A stretch of 12,314 nucleotides of DNA. Source: Nitrospinota bacterium. GTDB taxonomy: Bacteria > UBA8248. The notes beneath the pieces are model-generated. The model was not told where the DNA came from. It did not search any database and saw only the letters and a list, made by a program, of their open reading frames with translations. The position numbers and the translations under genes were made by a program. How positions within the stretch are numbered: position 1 is the stretch's first letter; each line of letters begins with the position of its first letter. Shown piece by piece: positions 7,726 to 12,314 of this stretch. The stretch spans positions 1-12,314 of the forward strand of contig JASLZZ010000023.1 of assembly GCA_030754595.1 (NCBI GenBank), in the 5' to 3' direction.

Positions 7726-8949
7726 ATGGAGAGGGGCTCTCAACGCGGGCTCGCGATTGCCGCGATATATCTGACCGGGCTCGGACAGGGCGCGTGTTTC
7801 GTCACCTTTCCCGCACTGGGAAATATTTTCAAGAACCCCGAATTCCATCATTTCTCAAACGCCGATTTCGGTTCCCTGTTCGCGCCGATGATCGTCCTGG
7901 CCATACTGACCTCGATTTTCGCCGGCCCGGCGGCGAGGCGATGGGGGCTCAAGCCGGTATTGCTGACCGGGCTCATTTCCTATGTGTTTTCGATGGGGGC
8001 CCTGGCCTCGACCCAGATTATTCTCGGGGTGCATGCCATCACCTACTGGGTGACGATTCTGGCCATATCCGGTGTCGGGGTCGGAATCGGAGCCACCCTG
8101 ACCGCGCTGAACGCTTACGCGGCGGGCCTGTTCAGCGAAAAATCCGAAGCCGCCCTCTCCGGCCTCTACGGCATCATGGGCCTGGGGATGGCGCTTGCGC
8201 CGCTGATGATCGGAATATTTATCGAGTCGGGGACATGGTGGGGCGCGCCCGCCACGCTCGGAGGTATTTTCTTTATCCTCTCGCTGGGGATTTTTGCGCT
8301 TCCGCTGTGGGCGCCTCCGCCTCCGCCGGATTCCGAGACGGGTGGGGTGGCCGCCCTGATCCGGGGCCTGCCGGTGCGGGTCTGGGGATTCGCGGGCTTT
8401 ATTTTCCTCTACGGCATTTGCGAGACCGTTTTCGCCAACTGGGCGGTGATCTATCTCCACGAGGAAAAAGGGCTCACCGCCCAATGGGCCGGCTTGGCGC
8501 TGTCTTTTTACTGGGCCATGATAACGGTGGGCCGGTTTCTGGCGGCGGGCGTATCTTATTGGTTCCCGGTGCGCTGGCTTCTGGCCGCCATGCCCGCGAT
8601 GATTCTAGCGGCGTTTCTTATCCTCCCCGCCGTGGAAGGACCCCTCGCCAGCATCGCGGCGTTCGGCCTGGCGGGTCTGGGCTGCTCGGCCTGCCTGCCC
8701 ATCGCGGTCAGCTTCGCCGAGGGGGAATGTCCGGGAACCTCGGGGCTCGTCTCGGGCTGCATGATCTCGTCCGTCATGCTCGGCATCGGCGCCGGCTCCT
8801 GGGGGGTCGGGTGGATACAGGGGGCGGGCGGGTTTTCATTCTCCGCGATATACATGGGGTCGGGCGTCTTCGCCGTGGGAATGGTTATCCTCGCCTATCT
8901 GCTCGCGCGGGCGCCTTACGCCGCCGTGCCCGAGACCGCCGGGGCCTGA
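7726..8949 (+). CDS. Major facilitator superfamily transporter (FucP/TsgA-like)
   Basis: About 12 hydrophobic segments in two halves, with GPAARRWGLK, FLYGICE...NWAVIYL and FYWAMITVGRF. ATG at 7726 follows a GGGAGGA RBS; the ORF-track extension to 7558 runs through the repeat and is unlikely. Confidence 0.88.
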   Translation: MERGSQRGLAIAAIYLTGLGQGACFVTFPALGNIFKNPEFHHFSNADFGSLFAPMIVLAILTSIFAGPAARRWGLKPVLLTGLISYVFSMGALASTQIILGVHAITYWVTILAISGVGVGIGATLTALNAYAAGLFSEKSEAALSGLYGIMGLGMALAPLMIGIFIESGTWWGAPATLGGIFFILSLGIFALPLWAPPPPPDSETGGVAALIRGLPVRVWGFAGFIFLYGICETVFANWAVIYLHEEKGLTAQWAGLALSFYWAMITVGRFLAAGVSYWFPVRWLLAAMPAMILAAFLILPAVEGPLASIAAFGLAGLGCSACLPIAVSFAEGECPGTSGLVSGCMISSVMLGIGAGSWGVGWIQGAGGFSFSAIYMGSGVFAVGMVILAYLLARAPYAAVPETAGA

Positions 8950-9047
8950 TCGGCTGCCGGCGCAAGCGGCTGGAGGGGAGGCTCCTATTTCGCGGAATCC
9001 CGGCCCGACACTCTAGCCGGAAACGCGCCAACGCACACCACCGCTCC

Positions 9048-9076
9048 CCGGTTTTCACTTAGAGAGCCGGTTTTTT
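9048..9076 (+). terminator. Intrinsic (rho-independent) terminator after the MFS gene
   Basis: CCGGTTTTC-actta-GAGAGCCGG 9-bp stem (two G-U pairs) followed by TTTTTT. Confidence 0.6.
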
Positions 9077-9228
9077 GGGGGGGAGTTGATGTGATACTAG
9101 AAAATATTTGATTGGCTCTGGGTAAGGATATGCCGCCCCTTCAACTGAGGCCGAACGTCACTTTCGAGCTTAACTCGTTGAACCTTTTTTTTTAGTCTTT
9201 GGATTTATATCCCTGCAAGTGTCACTTT

Positions 9229-9531
9229 CTAACTCATCTTATGCAAAATTGAATGCGTATGTTTCAAACTGCCATCTTCTTGCCTATTAAAGATATATGT
9301 TAAATGTTTGCCTGACAAAGCGGCAATAGTGTTAAAGGTTGCATAAACCTCTCCTTTCTGTACGTTATGCTCGGTTCCATCTTTAGGAATATATTCCTTC
9401 GTAGACGATGGTCCTACAATGTGTATGGCAGGACCTTCGGTAACCGAACAAAGATTATCCATACTTGAACCCTCAATTGCACTCAAAACTTCTTGCTCTA
9501 AAGCACTGGGAACTTGTTTTTCTTGATTCAT
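9229..9531 (-). CDS. Hypothetical protein (100 aa) in an AT-rich patch
   Basis: ATG start preceded by an AGGGGAG RBS. A 100-codon open frame in visibly AT-rich DNA is less likely by chance. No recognisable motif. Confidence 0.6.
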   Translation of the reverse strand: MNQEKQVPSALEQEVLSAIEGSSMDNLCSVTEGPAIHIVGPSSTKEYIPKDGTEHNVQKGEVYATFNTIAALSGKHLTYIFNRQEDGSLKHTHSILHKMS

Positions 9532-9673
9532 ATTCAGTCTCCCCTGTCACCGGAAGGAGATGATATTCCGGCTCGACAAGGTGTCCCGGCCGGAACAATT
9601 CAAGATAAAAATTATAGCCTACTCAGCCCCATTAAACCCTCATGACTTGAATGGAGTCCGCTTTTCGCGGAAC

Positions 9674-10345
9674 TCACGATTTTCGCCACCCGGCCCATCC
9701 CGAAACGAAGGAGTACATATAGGTGGCAAGGAAGGCCGCTGTAACCACCGACGAGGCGATGGGCACTAACCATGCGGCCACCAAAGCGACATTCACAAGA
9801 CCAATCGCAGCGGCTGATTTGACCCGCTTTCTGATGAGAGCGGGCATCGGAAACGGCGCCAGCATCGATACGGAATTCATCAAGAATACCGCAACTAAAA
9901 TGTACTCATGGTCGAAGTTAAACTGCTCGGCCAATAGAAGGGTGAACAGCATGTGGCGCATCAGTTCGTTCGTCGGAGAGCCAGTTCCCTCGGTTGCCTT
10001 TGGATCGAGCCGTGTTGCAACGCGGAGAATGATCGCGCCGGCGGCTATTGCGCTTGCGGCGATGAGGAGGCTCCCGAAGTGCGCTCCGACCACCAGAGCT
10101 AGGATAACATGGGTGACTGCGTCACAAACGTTATCGAGGTTGGCGCCGAACCGGCTTCTGATGTTCAACTTGGCGGCCAATACGCCGTCAAGATCGTCCA
10201 TGATATTGTTGAAAATGATCAATGGGACTACGTACAGATAGCCGTCGTTCAGAAAGAGAACAACAAAGGGAAGTACTCCGAGAATGGACGTTACACTGGC
10301 CAAATTCCGATAGATGAAATTTCCCAGCGCACCGCGTATGTTCAA
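9674..10345 (-). CDS. CDP-alcohol phosphotransferase family membrane protein
   Basis: Signature DDLDGVLAAKLNIRSRFGANLDNVCD (DxxDGxxA[R]...GxxxDxxxD) and several TM helices. The TTG start overlaps the methyltransferase stop (TTGA). Confidence 0.9.
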   Translation of the reverse strand: MNIRGALGNFIYRNLASVTSILGVLPFVVLFLNDGYLYVVPLIIFNNIMDDLDGVLAAKLNIRSRFGANLDNVCDAVTHVILALVVGAHFGSLLIAASAIAAGAIILRVATRLDPKATEGTGSPTNELMRHMLFTLLLAEQFNFDHEYILVAVFLMNSVSMLAPFPMPALIRKRVKSAAAIGLVNVALVAAWLVPIASSVVTAAFLATYMYSFVSGWAGWRKS

Positions 10346-11154
10346 GACACTTCGGCCTCAAGAACGAAGAAATGATTTTCCAGCTTCGGAAAGGAAATAC
10401 CCAGCGCTTTGGGTATGTGGGTGATCCAGGGGTTGCAAAGGCGCAACCCGAAATACGTCAAATGGCCGACGCTCCAGAGGACATGAAATCTTTCGGGCAC
10501 CATTTCCTTCCACATTCTGACCAGTTCGCACCCCATCTGCATGAGCACATAGGGTTCGTTCCTCTCGACGTGTAGGGCACTCAAGCCACACTTTCCGAAA
10601 ATGCGCCCGTAATCCGGCACGGAACGATAGACGACCTGGTAGTCGCCCTGGCGCGTCACGGTGTCTCCCCTGACGGTAGACTCGCGGCAGAGGATCATGC
10701 CACCCGGTTCAATGCACGGCGCCAGTTTTCGCAGCAAGGCAATCACGTCGCCTTCATTGAGGTACATGAGCATACCACCGAGGAATACCAGGTCGTAGCG
10801 GCCATCGGGCTCGAACGTCATGACATCACCATGGATGGGACTGAGGTTAGGGAATGGAGAGCATCTCTTTTGCAGGGACTCGAAAAGGGTGCGGCTGCCC
10901 TCCACTGCCGTCACCCGGGAGAAACGGCGCGCGAAGTCTTCCGCCCAGAACCCGATGCCGCTGCCGAGGTCGAGGACCGCGCCGTCCCGCTTCACGTCAC
11001 CGGCCAGCCGTCGAACGATCAGGGATTCCGCCTGAAAGCGGAAATCCCCCGCGCTCGCGGGAAAGCCAAACCCGTCCATCATGTACGGTCCGAGGATCGA
11101 AGGCGTCGCTTCTTCCCAATACCGTTTGACCGATGCGTAGTCGAGCTCAGTCAT
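10342..11154 (-). CDS. Class I SAM-dependent methyltransferase, phosphoethanolamine N-methyltransferase-like
   Basis: Motif I VLDLGSGIG, VTAVE, GDV, YDLVF, LMYL, PGGMILCRES. The start overlaps the upstream gene's end by 8 nt. Confidence 0.88.
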   Translation of the reverse strand: MTELDYASVKRYWEEATPSILGPYMMDGFGFPASAGDFRFQAESLIVRRLAGDVKRDGAVLDLGSGIGFWAEDFARRFSRVTAVEGSRTLFESLQKRCSPFPNLSPIHGDVMTFEPDGRYDLVFLGGMLMYLNEGDVIALLRKLAPCIEPGGMILCRESTVRGDTVTRQGDYQVVYRSVPDYGRIFGKCGLSALHVERNEPYVLMQMGCELVRMWKEMVPERFHVLWSVGHLTYFGLRLCNPWITHIPKALGISFPKLENHFFVLEAEVS

Positions 11155-11974
11155 TAGAGGCGGCTAACGGCAACGAGTCTATCGCGGAAGTTAGAAGGTG
11201 GTGGACATCCGGCCCGACGTGGGCTTGAGACGGCTCGCTGAACATCCTATCCGCTTCGTTGAGGTCGACTATGGTGTCGATTTCATACCAGTGGTCCGGG
11301 TCGAAGAAGACCGTCTCTAAGGAAAGCATGCCGTCGGCAACCATATCGGCGAAAACGGATTCATAATATTCATTGACCCGGCCTTCCGAGATGTACTGGG
11401 CCAGCCTTTTTTTGGCCATATCCCAGGTCGGCGGGGAAAGGCTGTAGACATTTACCGTCTTGTAACGTGGCATGTTGTTCTCGACGCCCTCGACGCCGCC
11501 GACTTGGAAAGCGGTGACCCGCTGTCTCGGTCCCACCGTCACCGTGGTTCCGTTCATCCAGGAGCGGTTGTGGGAAACGGCGATTCTGTCCGGTTGGAGC
11601 ATCTCCGTCAGCATCGAGGCATCGAAGACAAGGTCACTCTCCACCAGCAGAAACGGCTCCTGGATCTGTTCACGGGCCAGCCACAGGGAATAGATGTTGT
11701 TGGTTGTCCTGTAATGAGGGTTGTAGATGTAGTCGACCTGCATGCCGCTTGCCCTGCTGTCGAGAAAATCGCAGATACGGGCGCCCATGTGACCGATAAC
11801 CACAACCAACCGCTCAATTCCTTGATCACGTAGATTGCGGACTAGGCGTTCGAGGATTGGGAGTCCACCAACCTCGGTGAAGCACTTCGGGGCATCCATG
11901 GTCAATGGACGCAAACGGCTTCCCGTTCCCGCAACGAGCAGGAGCGCCGTGGTTACATGGGCATGGATGGTCAT
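11147..11974 (-). CDS. Phosphocholine cytidylyltransferase-like nucleotidyltransferase (LicC/PntC-like NTP_transferase)
   Basis: Motifs LLVAGTGSRLRPLT..PKC, YNPHYRTTNNIYSLWLA, LVESDLVF, NEYYE, WYEIDT. ATG at 11974 with a GAGGAGG RBS preferred over 12001. Confidence 0.9.
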   Translation of the reverse strand: MTIHAHVTTALLLVAGTGSRLRPLTMDAPKCFTEVGGLPILERLVRNLRDQGIERLVVVIGHMGARICDFLDSRASGMQVDYIYNPHYRTTNNIYSLWLAREQIQEPFLLVESDLVFDASMLTEMLQPDRIAVSHNRSWMNGTTVTVGPRQRVTAFQVGGVEGVENNMPRYKTVNVYSLSPPTWDMAKKRLAQYISEGRVNEYYESVFADMVADGMLSLETVFFDPDHWYEIDTIVDLNEADRMFSEPSQAHVGPDVHHLLTSAIDSLPLAASND

Positions 11975-12049
11975 GAACGAATCCCTCCTCTGGGGCTCCA
12001 TTTGGTATTTTGTGCCGACATTTCCTATTCAATTTATTCGGAACGAACC

Positions 12050-12078
12050 ATTATACATCCCATTGATGTATCCCGCAA
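12050..12078 (-). promoter_or_regulatory. Sigma-70-type promoter of the cytidylyltransferase operon with an overlapping palindromic operator
   Basis: The minus strand reads TTGCGG-N17-TATAAT. A perfect ATACATC-N5-GATGTAT inverted repeat (12053-12071) covers the spacer and part of the -10. Confidence 0.65.
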
Positions 12079-12175
12079 AGACGAGCCCCACCTGGATTGA
12101 ATATCTTGATAAGCTCACTTGGTGGGACCCGGTCGCGGCAAAATCCCCGTCGAACTCTCTGAAAAGTTGAGTGAA

Positions 12176-12314
12176 CCCACATTATGCGGCGGAACAGAGC
12201 AAAAAGAGGCGGGAATCTTTGTAACCATATGATATAATTGGCTAAAATCGCCCGAGCGAGAGGATATCAGATGCTCGGAGATGGTGGCAGCCAAAAAGAG
12301 GTGCTGAGGCCCGA
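12176..12314 (+). mobile_element. Second copy of the IS left end (probably IS1380 family), truncated by the window edge; transposase start at 12271
   Basis: Inverted copy of 2-140. Extended -10 TGaTATAAT at 12230-12238 (alternatively TTGTAA-N18-TAAAAT), RBS GAGAGGA, and ATG at 12271 open to the edge. Confidence 0.7.

Noticed and set aside
7794..9062. 422-aa alternative-frame ORF and the many antisense ORFs across the window
   Set aside because: Arg/Gly/Pro-rich shadow frames overlapping well-supported genes, as expected in high-GC DNA.
9139..9183. attC-like site (GTTCAAC...GTTGAA ends, GCTTAAC box) downstream of the orphan ORF
   Set aside because: Only about 45 bp, with wrong R-L spacing, no second site and no integrase in the window. 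A terminator-like hairpin explains it equally well.
10342..11154. Methyltransferase as the missing EgtD for the SenA-like enzyme
   Set aside because: It lacks recognisable EgtD features, lies on the opposite strand and is translationally coupled to the cytidylyltransferase and phosphotransferase genes.
12030..12175. C-terminal remnant of a gene interrupted by the right IS (short minus-strand open frames)
   Set aside because: The frames are under 50 codons, have no motif and overlap a good promoter; they cannot be supported without the other side of the IS.
1..12314. Terminal inverted repeats of a linear plasmid or phage
   Set aside because: No replication, terminal-protein or virion genes are present, and the repeats contain outward-reading ORF starts cut off by the edges, which fits IS ends.

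Overview
GC-rich bacterial segment, probably a whole contig. It is bracketed by two inverted, near-identical 139-bp copies (2-140 and 12176-12314) of what looks like the left end of an IS1380-type insertion sequence, each with a promoter, RBS and the first ~15 transposase codons pointing out of the window. A small MITE-like element sits at 237-353. The + strand carries an atypical crotonase, a class III CoA-transferase, an LLM oxidoreductase, a transglutaminase-like protein, an SsuD-like monooxygenase, a SenA/EgtB-family C-S/C-Se bond-forming enzyme flanked by a degenerate ~120-bp direct repeat, and an MFS transporter. The - strand carries a tightly coupled three-gene operon (LicC-like cytidylyltransferase, a SAM methyltransferase resembling eukaryotic phosphoethanolamine N-methyltransferase, and a CDP-alcohol phosphotransferase), followed by an AT-rich orphan ORF. 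The strongest candidates for new biology are this putative Kennedy-like methylated-headgroup operon and the SenA-like enzyme with no senB/senC nearby. All family calls come from motifs recognised by eye; no database search was run.
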